From: Malacoraja senta | Lineage: Eukaryota | Assembly: GCA_038087875.1 (NCBI GenBank) | Contig: CM075988.1 | Coordinates: 3,782,001 to 3,846,000 of the forward strand | Direction: 5' to 3' | DNA length: 64,000 nt | Shown: piece by piece, positions 36,410-47,680 of the stretch | Layout of the letters: the number at the start of each line of letters is the position of its first letter | Numbering within the stretch: the first letter of the stretch is position 1 | The notes under the pieces: generated by a model | What the model was told of the DNA's origin: nothing | Seen by the model: only the letters and a program-made list of their open reading frames with translations | Database searches by the model: none | Program-made: the position numbers and the translations under genes

Positions 36410-37357
36410 AAATAATGGGCAAAATTATGGAAAGGATACTTAAGACAATATATAAGAATTTGGATAAATAGGGTAGGATTAGGAAGAATTAGCATGGATT
36501 TGTGATTGTGATGTTTGACTAATCTTGAATTTTTTTAAAAGGTTATTAGGGAAATTGATGAGGGTAAAGTGGTGGATGTTGGCTAGATGAACTTCAGTAA
36601 GGCCTTTGACAAGGTTCAATAAGGAAATAAGGTTGGTTAAGAAGGGTTAGTAAGGAATAGCAAGATGGATTAAAAAGTGGCTGTATGGGAGATGTCAGAG
36701 AGCAATGGTGGATGGATGTTTGTCAGGTTGGAGGTCAGTGACTAGAGGGGTACCTCGGGGATGTGTGTTGGGTCCACTGTTGTTTGTCATGTGAATCAAT
36801 AATCTGAATGTTGGTGTGGTAAAATAGATTAATAAGTATGTAGATGATACTAAGATAGGCGGTGTTGTGAATAATGAAGTAGATTTTAAATGTGTACAGA
36901 GAGATTTAGGTCATTTGGAAGAGTGGGTTGAAACATGACAGATGGGTTTAATGTTGATAAGTGTGAGGTAATACATCTTGGCAGGACAAATCAAAATTGG
37001 ACGTACATGGTAAATGATTGTGAATTGAGGAATGAAGTTGAACAGAGGGATCTAGGAATAACTGTGCATAGTTCCCTGAAGGTGGAATCTCATGAAGATA
37101 GGATGGTAAAGAAAGATTTTGGTGTTGGCCTTTATAAATCAGAGCATTGTGTGTAGAAGTTGGGTTGTAATGTTAAATTGTACAAGGTATTGGTGAGGTC
37201 AATTGTGGAGTATGGTGTATAATTTTGATAGGCATAATTATAGGAAAAAGGTCAACAAAATAGAGAGAGTACAGAGGAGATCAATTAGAATGTTGACTGG
37301 GTTTCAGCAACTAAGACACAGAGAAAGGTTGAACAAGTTAGGTCTTTATTATTTAGG
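36410..37357 (+). mobile_element. CR1 RT fragment inside the provirus, heavily C-depleted
   Basis: HGFV...CLTNL, FSKAFDKV, KYVDDTK, DKCEVIHLGRTN, ERVQRRSIRMLTG. No CR1 3' UTR or tail. Confidence 0.9.
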
Positions 37358-37748
37358 AAAGATAGAAGGGGTCCCAACAATACAAGGGAATGATGTATTC
37401 CTAAGGAACTATTTACTGGCGGTATCCCAATCTCTTGCAGAACTAAAAACTAAAGGATTACTGGCCCAGAGCCCGCCACTGGACTTTCCGATTCACTCAG
37501 TCAAGGCTGGAGACTGGGTACTAATAAAAACGTGGAAAGAAGAAAAGTTGCAACCTAGGTGGACTGGACCCTACCTTGTGTTATTAACCATCGAGACAGC
37601 AGTACGAACAAAAGAGAAAGGGTGGACACACGCAAGCCGATTTAAGGGTCCTGTGGAGGCCCCACCAGACAATATCAGCCCGTGGACTGTGCGCAAAGGG
37701 AAGGAACCATTGACTTTGGTATTCACCAAAACCCCACACGGAAAATGA
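37358..37748 (+). pseudogene. pol: Integrase C-terminal tail (second), open frame, containing a candidate env splice acceptor
   Basis: FLRNYLL...GLLAQSPPLDFPIH...GDWVLIKTWKEEKLQPRWTGPYLVLLTIETAVRTKEKGWTH. TCTCTTGCAG| acceptor with AG at 37439-37440. Confidence 0.88.
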
Positions 37749-39304
37749 AGACTTCGTGCTGGTGGATCGTGTGTTGGGTGGTTACCCAACTCGTGAGTAA
37801 TATAACATGTATAAAAATCACAATACCACAGAATAGAAAGTCCACCACCATCCCATTTAATGTATGTAAAGGAAAATGGTGGTGTGGCTATAGGATGTAT
37901 GTATGCACCCATCCCTGTAGAAATTGGCACGCGGTGTTCACTTCATCAAGAGATGGGTGGCATCAGCCCACCTATCAAACTGATAGGTGGAGAGTATATC
38001 AAAACCCAAATGAGGGATTGCCAGGACGCGTATATGTAAGCATACAGAGTGTTCAAATGCAGGAAAGTGGTAGGTATTGGATATGTGCAGATAGAACAGG
38101 GAGAATGAGCCTAAGGATTTGAAGATAATGATAGTAGCAGGAGAAACAGAATTAAGGCAATTATATGAGGAGGGAATACCTACAGGAGGAAAGGGAGGCA
38201 ACACCTGGCTTGCCTGGATGATGTACACGGCCAGAAGTATGCAACACACCAATTGCTACGCCTGCGCCGGAGCTAAACCTCAGCTGGTCCCAGTACCATT
38301 TCCCCTGAATTGGGATAGAACACCTAGGGCTATGTCATGTATACTACAGCTATTCACGAATCCCCTCTTACCAAAGAATGTGATATGCCAGAGTTATCAT
38401 TACCAATTTCCGACCAGCAACAACAATACGAAGGGCCGAAGGGAAGACCCTCGACCTCCTCCACTACCAGTCCTCTTGGGGAGGAGGGGTTTGAGTGCTA
38501 TACAAGAAATAACCCAAAGGGGCAGGACATGGGGATGGTGCTCAACTGCAATCAGACGTATAACATTGTAGAACTCAATGAAGGAAGCCAACGACAAAAG
38601 AGAGGGATGAAAGGATCATTCGACACACACATATATATAGATGCGATAGGGGTGCCAAGAGGGGTACCCGATGAATTCAAAGCCAGAAACCAGATAGCTG
38701 CGGGCTTCGAGTCTTCTGGTGGTCCACTATTAATAAAAATGTGGACTGGATCAACTACCTATACTACAATCAACAACGCTTTATAAATCACACTCAAGAT
38801 GCGGTTGAAGGATTAGCGGAACAACGGACAGATACCAGCCTAATGGCCTGGCAAAATCGCATGGCCTTAGACATGCTACTGGCTGAGAAGGGAGGGGTGT
38901 GTGTAATGTTTGGGGAACAATGTTGCACCTTCATCCCCAACAACACTGCTCCTGATGGGTCAGTGTCAAGAGCCCTAGCAGGTCTCACCTCCCTGTCTAT
39001 CGAATTGGCCGACAACTCCGGAGTAGACACCTCCTGGACCGGGTTTCTAGACTCCTGGTTTGGGAAATGGAAGCACATCTTTACATCAGCCCTAACATCA
39101 GTGGTAGTTATGATGGGGTTGCTGTGTCTATTTGGATGTTGTATCATTCCCTGCGTACGGGGGTTGTCTCAGCGATTGATAGAGACAGCCCTGACCAAGA
39201 ATGACGCCGCCATGATGGCCTTTAGAACACAGTATGACCAGCGAGAGGAAGATAGGGAAGCGAAGAATCTGCTGTTAGCATTAGAAAAGGGGGAGATAGT
39301 ATAA
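37745..39304 (+). pseudogene. env: Gamma-type envelope glycoprotein, three frameshifts
   Basis: Signal peptide MKTSCWWIVCWVV (ATGA overlap with the pol stop), CYAC CxxC, furin site RQKR, YIDAIGVPRGVPDEFKARNQIAAGFES, ISD QNRMALDMLLAEKGGVC, CX6CC (CVMFGEQCC) and TM anchor. Shifts near 38100, 38470 and 38715. Confidence 0.95.
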
Positions 39305-39338
39305 ATCAAAGGAGCATAGCAAAAGTAAAAGTGTGGAT

Positions 39339-39874
39339 TGTGAGGAAGGGGTTAATAGGTATAGTTGATTTAAACTAAGAACCCTTTGTATAGTAGAGAG
39401 TAGATGCGTTCATCATCACGAACACCTGACAATACACGGATAGATAATAGCCATGAGTACAACTGGTGACATTTCAAGGATGAGAAAAAGGAGATAGCGA
39501 CAGTCCAGCAAAGAACTGGGGTAAAGGGCATGAACAACTCTCTAGGGTGCATGGGCAATGAGACAAATGAATATTGCAAACATGCCCATCATGACAAGAT
39601 GTCTCATTTAAATGCACATGCGATGTATGATGTGGGAGGCACCAGGGGCGGTACCGGTAGAGTGTGCACCTCAGTGCTCTGATTTGAAAGGAGCCCGAAG
39701 GGGAGGAGTAAATGTAACAAATGTAAACTGATATGAATAAAAGAGAGTGACTTCCCGACCTCGGTGTGTCTCGACAGGGGAGGCACCCGACTCTGCAGAC
39801 TTGCTAATAAATAAACTTGTTTCTCTAATTTCTCTAGCATCGTGATTGTGAGCACTCACTTTTTACATCGCACA
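39339..39874 (+). repeat. 3' LTR (536 bp)
   Basis: Direct repeat of 33181-33718, preceded by purine-rich AAAAGTAAAAGTGTGGAT. Confidence 0.96.
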
Positions 39875-39989
39875 CTTTATATTTCCTGTGATGCTGCTTG
39901 ACCCACTGAGCTCTTCCAGCAGTTTGTGTTTTGCTGCAGATTGCAGCATCTGTCGTCTCTTCTGTCTCCATTGTAATGGCTACAGGGTT

Positions 39990-40330
39990 CAGTTCAGTTT
40001 AGTTTAGTTTAGTTTAGAGAAACAGCCTGTAAACAAGTCCATCGACCCACCGATCATCGCAGGCCATCGATCACCCGTTCTCACTAGTTCCAAGTTATCC
40101 TAGTTATTTTCATCCACTCACTACACACTCGGGGCAATTTACGGAGGCCAATTAACCTACAAACCCGCACATCTCTGGGATGTGGAAGGAAAATGAAGCA
40201 CCTGGAGAAGGCCTGCATGGTCACAGGGAGAACATGTAAACTCCACACAGACAGCACAGGAGGTCAGGCTGAAACCTGGGTGTTTGGCGCTGTGAGGCAG
40301 CAGGACTACCAGGTGCGTCACTGGGCTACA
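39990..40330 (-). mobile_element. V-SINE (HE1-like), diverged
   Basis: (AGTTT)n tail, AATTAACCTACAAACC, reverse V-domain and head. Confidence 0.83.
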
Positions 40331-40553
40331 CAGTTCCTCAAGTCTTTATTCCACGGATTCATTTTTCAGGATCTGGGCATTTTTGCGGAGGACATTATTT
40401 ATTGCTCAATGCCATTTGTCATCAGGGAGATGGTAGTGAGGCATCACCTTGAACTGCTGCAGTCATGTTGGTGATGGTGCTCCCACAGCATCGTTTGGGA
40501 GGCAGTGCACAACCTCCGAACAATATATCTCCATGTTAGGATCATGTGTGACT

Positions 40554-40860
40554 GGGTGGCGAGGTGGTGCAGCGATCGAGTTGCTGCCTTGCAGCGCCAG
40601 AAACACGGGTCCGATCCTGACTACGGATGCTGTCTGTATGGAATTTGTACGTTCTCCCCGCAACCTGCGTGGGTTTCCTCTGGGTGCTCCGGTTTCCTCC
40701 CACACTCCAAAGATGTACAGGTTTGCTGGTTAATTGGGTTGGTATATTTGTAAATTGTCCCCAGTGTGTGTACGATAGTGTTAATGTGTGGGGATTGCTG
40801 GTAGCCGCGGACTCAGTGGGTCAAAGGGCCTGTTTCCGCACTGTATATCTAAACTAAACG
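40554..40860 (+). mobile_element. V-SINE (HE1-like), followed by a second 3' fragment to ~40950
   Basis: TGGTGCAGCGA head, GGGTCCGATCC, V-domain, tail. Confidence 0.87.
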
Positions 40861-41384
40861 ATTGCGGAAGTGTGTTAACAGAACTAGTGTCTACGAGTGA
40901 TCGATGGTCGGCGTGGACTCGGTGGGCTGAAGGCCCTGTTTCCATCCTGTACGTTTTAATCAATCAATCAAAGATGGTGGGCACAAGAGACTGCAGGTCA
41001 GAATCTGTAGTAGAAAACTGAGAGCGGCTGGAGGAACTCAATGGGTCAGGCAGCATCTGTGGAGGGAACAGCCAATCGACAGTTTGGTTTGAGTTTCTTC
41101 ATCTGAACTGGGTCTCAATTAGTTCTTCCAATTGCTATTCTTTAGTTACTAACTTCAATAAGATTACTCCATTTCTGTACCTGCTTGTTGAATCCCCAAA
41201 GCCCCAAACACTATTTGTAACCAAAAATGATCTATTCTAGTCTTAGACTTCTGGGATAAAGATGTTTTTCGATGAATAACAAAACATCTCCTTATACATT
41301 GACTGAACCTAGTGCTGAATGAGAATTCACCTTGCATCATCTAACCTATCTAGACTTCAGAAAATGTTATTCTTCACGATATTG

Positions 41385-41610
41385 CCTCCTCGAATTCCTG
41401 ACCAACAGACCCCAATCAGTGCGGATAGGGGACACATCATCCTCTACGCTAATCCTCAACATTGGTGCCCCACAAGGCTGCGTTCTCCCCCCCTGCTTCA
41501 CTCCTTCTACACCCACGACTTCGCAGCCATGCACAAATCTAACTCAACTTTTCAAATTTGCAGACGACACCACCATTGTATCAGCATTTTAACAGGGTGC
41601 ATCGCAGCAT
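41385..41610 (+). mobile_element. Rex1/Babar RT fragment
   Basis: [31 protein letters not shown]...YTHD...KFADDTTIV. Confidence 0.85.
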
Positions 41611-42009
41611 TTGCAGTTCCTCCCTACACCAGATGATCTCTCTCTTGTAGGTTCTGATGCAGGGTTTCAATCCAAAAAGGTTCCAAAATCCTTCTGCCTC
41701 CAAGGATGCTGCCTGACCCGCTGATTTCCTCCAGCAACTTGATTTTTGCTCCAGATTCCAGCATCTACAATCCCTTATGTCTCCACCTGGTAACCCCTCT
41801 ACTCTTTAGTTAATTTCAGAGATGCAGTATGGAAACAGGCTCTTCGGCCCATCGAATCAAATTCAATTAACCTACAAACCTATACATTTTTGGAATGTGG
41901 GAGGAAACTAGAGCAGCCAGAGGAACAAGGAGACCGTGTAAACCCCACACAGATGGCATCTGAGGTGAGGATTGAACTGGGGTATTTAGCGCTGTGAAGT
42001 AGCATGCAT

Positions 42010-42455
42010 CACAGGATGCACCACAGCTTTATTTGGGAACAGCTCCATCCAAGACCGTAAGAAATTGCAGCGAAATGTGGACGCAGCCCAGACCATCACA
42101 AAAACCAACGTCCCTTCCATTGACTCCATTTATACCTCACACTGCCTCGGCAAGGCCAGCAGGCAAAAGTAATAGCAATGTGAAAATGCACACCTCTAGA
42201 TTCAGGGACAGTTTCTTCCCAGCTGTTATCAGGCAACTGAATCATCCTACCACAACCAGAGAGCAGTGCTGAACTACTATCTACCTCTTTGGTGACCCTC
42301 GGACTGTCCTTGATCGGACTTTGCTGGTTTTACCTTGCGCTAAACGTTACTCCCTTATCATGTATCTATACACTGTAAATGGATCGATTGTAATCACGTA
42401 TGGTCTTTCTGCTGACTGGATAGCACGTAACAAAACCTTTTCACTGTACCTCTAA
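42010..42455 (+). mobile_element. Rex1/Babar 3' fragment
   Basis: GNSSIQDRKKLQR.VDAAQTIT, TSRFRDSFFPAVIRQLN and 3' UTR. Further UTR copies at ~3680-3895, 23335-23810, 27860-27990 and 45045-45350. Confidence 0.83.
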
Positions 42456-42586
42456 ACTAAGTTTCCAGGACTGAACTCCCCGACAGACAAAAGAATTAAA
42501 AGGTTCTGGAAATCTGAAACAAGAACAGAAAAGGCTAGAAATGTTCAGCTGGTCAGGCAGCATCAGTGGAGTGAGAAACAGAGTCA

Positions 42587-42787
42587 AGGGCCTGTCCCAC
42601 GGGCGTCATTTGCGTGTCAAGCAGGTGGCGCGCAAGGATTTTGAACATCCCAAAATCCTGGGGTGCCGCCCGCTCACCGCGCATATGTCACCACGTCTCA
42701 CTGCGCGCATCCGTGCATCGTGCATCGTGACGCGTAAATTATGTCGCGTAAATGATGCGCAAATAACGCCAAAGTGGGACAGGCCCT
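42587..42787. mobile_element. PIF/Harbinger-type MITE, 201 bp
   Basis: TIR AGGGCCTGTCCCAC / GTGGGACAGGCCCT with TCA / TTA flanks (imperfect 3-bp TSD). A partial copy lies at ~46830-46946. Confidence 0.85.
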
Positions 42788-43121
42788 TTAATGGCTCCAG
42801 ATACTGACCTGTCATCTGAACTGTTTTTTGAGTTATTTTAGTTTTTTCCCCTCATTGGTGGCGTCTGACCTGCTGAGATTGCTGGCAATTTCTACTTTTG
42901 TTTGAGACGTGCATTCAAAGCATGCAAAATGATGTCATTGGGTATTTAACATGATGAAATGATTCCAGAGGCTGAAGCTGGGGCCCAGGGATTAACAAGC
43001 ATTTGGAAGCATTGTTTTGGGTGACATTTTCAGTGGGAGGTGAAAACAATCTCTGCAGGGAGGAAGCAAGCTGAGTCAATGATTACATAGCTCCAGACAT
43101 CTCCAGAATAATTCACACTGA

Positions 43122-43385
43122 ATGTGCAGGGGGGAACTTCAGATGCTGGTTCAAACCAAAGACAGACACGAAAAGCTGGAGTAACTCAGCGGGTCAGGCA
43201 GCATCTCTGGAGAAAAGGACTAGGTGACTTTTCAGATCGAGACCCTGCTTCAGACTGAAACATCACCTATTCCTTTTCTGCAAAGATGCTGCCTACTGAG
43301 TCTGAAGAAGGGTCTCGACCCTAAACGTCACCTATTCCTCGTCTCCTGAGATGCTGCCTGACCCGCTGACTTACTCCAGCACTTC
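43122..43385. mobile_element. Penelope-derived terminal repeats, one reverse and two forward units
   Basis: GCTGGAGTAACTCAGCGGGTCAGGCAGCATCTC...CTGAAGAAGGGTCTCGACCC...GATGCTGCCTGACCCGCTGAC. Confidence 0.78.
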
Positions 43386-43987
43386 TTGGCTATCTACAAT
43401 TAACACTGAATCTTCCCACAACTATCTGAAGAGCCAAAGTTGAGCAATACATAAGCGATGTTGAGAGATCAGCTGGTAATATGGGTGAATGCAAACACTG
43501 CCTCCAAAGCTGGATCATCACAGCTGATTTAGGTCCCAGCCAGCCCAGCCTCCAGCAGTGTTTGCCTATGAGATTAAAGTCTGACCTGATTGGGGCCAGT
43601 AATGTTCTCGGCCCAGCCAAGGCATTTGCAGAAAAGTGGGTGGCAGCTGTGTAGCCTTGGCTTGCAATCCCTGCCAAGCCTGTATCTGGGCAGAATGAAT
43701 TGCAAACTAAGCACACGAGGTGGAGGAACTCAATGGGTGAAGCCACGTTTATGGAGGGACTGGGCAGTTTAAAGAGCAGAACACCTGGTCATACATTAGT
43801 AAATTAGCTTGGGTAGAGTATTGAGCCAGCAAGGTCTGGTGCCAATCAGAACCCAAATCTAGTTTCCGCATCAGAGGAAGGGTCTCGACCTGAAACTTCG
43901 CTCCATGGATGCTGCCTCACCTGCTGAGTTTCTCCAGCATTTTTGTCCACCTCCAAATTTAGTGTAGTTTAGTTTGGTTTAGTTTAC

Positions 43988-44473
43988 ACAATAGACAACA
44001 GGTGCAGGAGTAGGCCATTCGGCCCTTCGAGCCAGCACCACCATTCAATCCCCAATCAGTACCCTGTTCCTGCCTTCTCCCAATATCCCCTGACTCTGCT
44101 ATCTTTAAGAGCCCTATCTAGCTCTCTCTTGAAAGTATCCAGAGAACCGGCCTCCACTGCCCTCTGAGGCAGTGAATTCCACAGACTCACAACTCTGTGT
44201 GTGAAAAAGTGTTTCCTCGTCTCCATTCTAAATGGCTTACCCCTTATTCTTAAACTGTGGCCCCTGGTTTTGGACTCCCCCAACATTGGGAACATGTTTC
44301 CTGCCTCTAGTGTGTCCAAACCGTTAATAATCTTATATGTTTCAATAAGATATCCTCTCATCCTTTTAAACTCCAGAGTGTACAAGCCCAGCTGCTCCAT
44401 TCTCTCAGCATATGACAGGCCCGCCATCCCGAGAATTAACCTTGTAAACCTACGCTGCACTCCCTCAATAGCA
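43988..44473 (-). mobile_element. CR1 3' fragment inserted in a SINE tail
   Basis: AIEGVQRRFTRLILGMAGLSY...LWNSLPQRAVEA. The SINE (TAAAC)n tail continues at ~43955-43986. Confidence 0.9.
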
Positions 44474-44781
44474 AGTTTAGAGCTACAGTGCAGAAACAGA
44501 CCCTTCAGCCCACCGAGTTCGCACTGACTAGCGATCCCCACACATTAATACTACCCTGCACACACTAGGCACAATTCACACTTATACCAAGCCAATTAAC
44601 CTACAAACCTGTATGTCTTTGGAGTGTGAGAGGAAACCGAAGATCTTGGAGTAAACCCACGTGGTCACGGGGAGAACGTACAAACTCCATGCAGACAGTC
44701 CCCCTAGTCGGGATCGAACCAGGGTCTCCGGCGCTGCATTCGCTGTAAGGCAGCAACTCTGCCAATGCGCCACCGTGCCGA
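44474..44781 (-). mobile_element. V-SINE (HE1-like), CAGCGAATGCAGCG subfamily
   Basis: Reverse head, B box GGTTCGATCC, V-domain. Confidence 0.88.
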
Positions 44782-46454
44782 CCAAATGAGCACGTGAGGA
44801 AGTTGATCAGACGGAATGTCCGAGTGAGAATATAAACAAGTGAGAGACAGTGAAGCAGAGGATGGACTGTCGCTGCACCACTGTGGCACCCCAAAACAAT
44901 ATAGCAATGAGAAGATCAAAGATAGATGCAAAATGCTGGAGTAGCTCAGCGTCTCCGGCAGCAGCTCTGGGGAACATGGAATTGGTGACCTTTCAGGTCG
45001 GGATCAGGTATAGAAGTGTGAAAAAGCACATTACCAGATTCAACGTATAGAAGTGTGCAAATACACACACCTCCAGATTCAGGGACAGTTTCTTCCCAGC
45101 TGCTACCAGGCAACTGACTCATCCCACCACAACCAGTGAGCAGTGCTGAATTACTATCTACCTCTTTGATGATCCTCGGACTATCCTTGCTTGGACTTTG
45201 CTGGCGTTAGCTTGCACTAAACATTACTGCCTTATCATGTACACTGTAAATGGCTCGATTGTAATCATGCATTGTCTTTCCGCTTGCGGGTTAGCACGCA
45301 ACAGAAGCTTTTCACTGTACCTCGGTTCACGTGACAATAAACTAAAGTGAACTCCTTGTTCAGCAGCTGATCCTCGTTACCTGCCCATGTAGGTCAGTGT
45401 AAAGCAGGGAGACTGATTCCATACAACTGGATGATGGCTGAGAGCCAGTGGAGGATGTCAATGTGGTTCACAGCTGAGAGCAGGTTAAGAATCGAGGAGA
45501 GATAGACTGATCGCATTTGTCACAAAATATGTTATTAGTCAGCCCAGTGAAAGGGAGGAACCAGGATTATTAATCAGGAATAGTGCTCCAGGCATCACAG
45601 GTGAAGTGACAACATAAAAGATGTAAGTAAATAAATCAAGGAGTGCAGTGCTTGCCAGTAAGATGCTCAAATACAAGGCTGATTAGTTGCTATGATCTAA
45701 ATAATAATTCCTCGATGAATTGATAGAGTGCAAGGAGAAGACGGAGTGAATTGCAGGTAGATTTGAGAAGATATAATGGTCATTGTTTCCATGTGGCTGG
45801 AAGATGGTCAGGACTATGCAATTAAACATTTCTGGGATGAGATCAATAGGAACAGCAGGTAAGGAAATGGCAGGACAAACAGACAGTCGATATCTTAAAT
45901 CTTTTATAGCTTAGTCATTCAAGGTGAAACCATTTTCGTGATGAATGAGGATGTAACGGGAGGTGAGCAGGCAATTGAGGCTCTGCAGATGGAATTAAGA
46001 AACAGAGAGAATGTTTTAAGACTGTGTTGGGAATTGTTTACAGTCTATCTGCTAGCGGCAATGAAGTGTTAGAATGTATAAATGCAGAGATTAGACATTA
46101 GGCAGAAGGCAGAGTGGTTTTAAAGGAAGTTTCCCAACTTTCATACAGATTGGAAAAGCAGAGAAGCAAAAATCAGAGGTTTCTTTCCCCGTGTATTCAG
46201 TATATTCATCTCGAACGCCGTGACCCACACCTATCAAGGGTCAAAGTCATAAAAGATTTAGCAATGAGTAATGATCTAGATTTAACGGTGTAATGATGCA
46301 TGAACATTTATCTATTCATGGTCATAAAGTAATTGAGCAGTGTGAGATATGAATGGCTAATCACCTACTAAGATTCTGCTTTCATGTAATTTGATGAAGG
46401 CAAAGAGAATCAGTAATTGTGATGGGAAAGTTGAGCAGATGTATATATGACATA

Positions 46455-46628
46455 GACAGACGGGCAGAGAGAGAGAGACAGAGAGATGGATAGAGCGTTG
46501 AGAAAGAGTCAGAGACAGACAGAGAGACAGAGACAGACAGAGTGGCAGAGAGAGGCAGAGACAGAGATAGACAGAGAAAGGCAGAGAGAGACAGTGACAG
46601 ACAGAGAGAGAGAGTGGGAGAGAGAGAA
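46455..46628. repeat. (GA)/(GACA)-rich simple repeat
   Basis: Read directly. Confidence 0.9.
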
Positions 46629-47680
46629 TACAAAGGCTGGGTCATTCAGGTAAGACGCAGAAAACATCTGGAAGAGAATCAAACAATGGATGTGAGGTGG
46701 GAATCGAGAGGTGAGATGAGAGGAGGGAACTGGCCATAAGGTGCTGGAATAACTCAGCAGGTCAGGCAGCCTCTCTGGAGAGCAAGGATGGTTGGCATTT
46801 CGATTCGAGACCCTTCTTCAGACTGCCCATACAGGTGAAGCCTGTATGGTCGTGAGTAGTCGCCCAAAGAGTCGTACCTTGTTCTGGTCGCCGCTGGATA
46901 TTCAACATGTTCAACATGTTGAAAAGTCGCGTAAGTGGGACAGCCCCAAAAGGCAGCAACTCTACCACTGTGCCACCATACCGCCCTAAATTATTTGCAG
47001 ACAGAGGAGCTTAGTTTAACAGCATCCTGTTCGGCATGGACATTGTGGGCAGAAGGGCCTGTACGTACCTGCGCTGTACTGCTTCTATGTTTTATATATT
47101 CTTGTTAAAATTCCATAAAATTAGAATCTTTGGAGCTGTATAGATCTCCCATTTGGGCAAATGACTGATAAAGTTGACGTTACATATAGAAATAAATGGA
47201 TAGTTACCTGAGACGTTAAAGTCAATGCTTTTTTTCCTTGCATTTACATCGGAAAAAGTAATTCAGGAGCAATGTTTTTTATGACTACATTAGTGACAAA
47301 TATATGGTTAGCTGGAACTCGCTAATATATCCCAAAGAAAATAATGGTGGCTCCAAGACAGACTCATAAATATTAAGGTAAACAAAACAAATGGAATAAT
47401 AAAAGGTAACAACACTAAAGAACGCCAAATTCCCAGAAACAGATTGCTTCAACTTCAAGGTTTTAAAGAATCACTTAGCAGAAATCTTGTACTTCAAAAG
47501 TTATCTTGATTCTGGAAACAGTTGCCTTACAAGTATGAAACATAGGACACAAAGTGCTGGAGTGACTCAGCGGGTCAGGCGATGTCTCCGAGGAACATGG
47601 AAAGGTGATGTTTCGGGTCGGGGCCCTACTTCAAAAAACTACAGAGGTTGTTTAATTGCCACGGTGGCGCATGGAACAGT

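Larger units (their letters stand above)
33181..39874 (+). mobile_element. Endogenous retrovirus, class I (gamma/epsilon-related), defective, both LTRs present
   Basis: LTRs 33181-33718 and 39339-39874. 5-bp TSD CTTTA at 33176-33180 and 39875-39879. PBS, gag and integrase remnants, env, and a purine-rich tract before the 3' LTR. Confidence 0.97.

Noticed and set aside
37745..39304. Domesticated syncytin-like env gene
   Set aside because: Three frameshifts, an apparently shortened SU and a young two-LTR context; this copy cannot encode a full Env.
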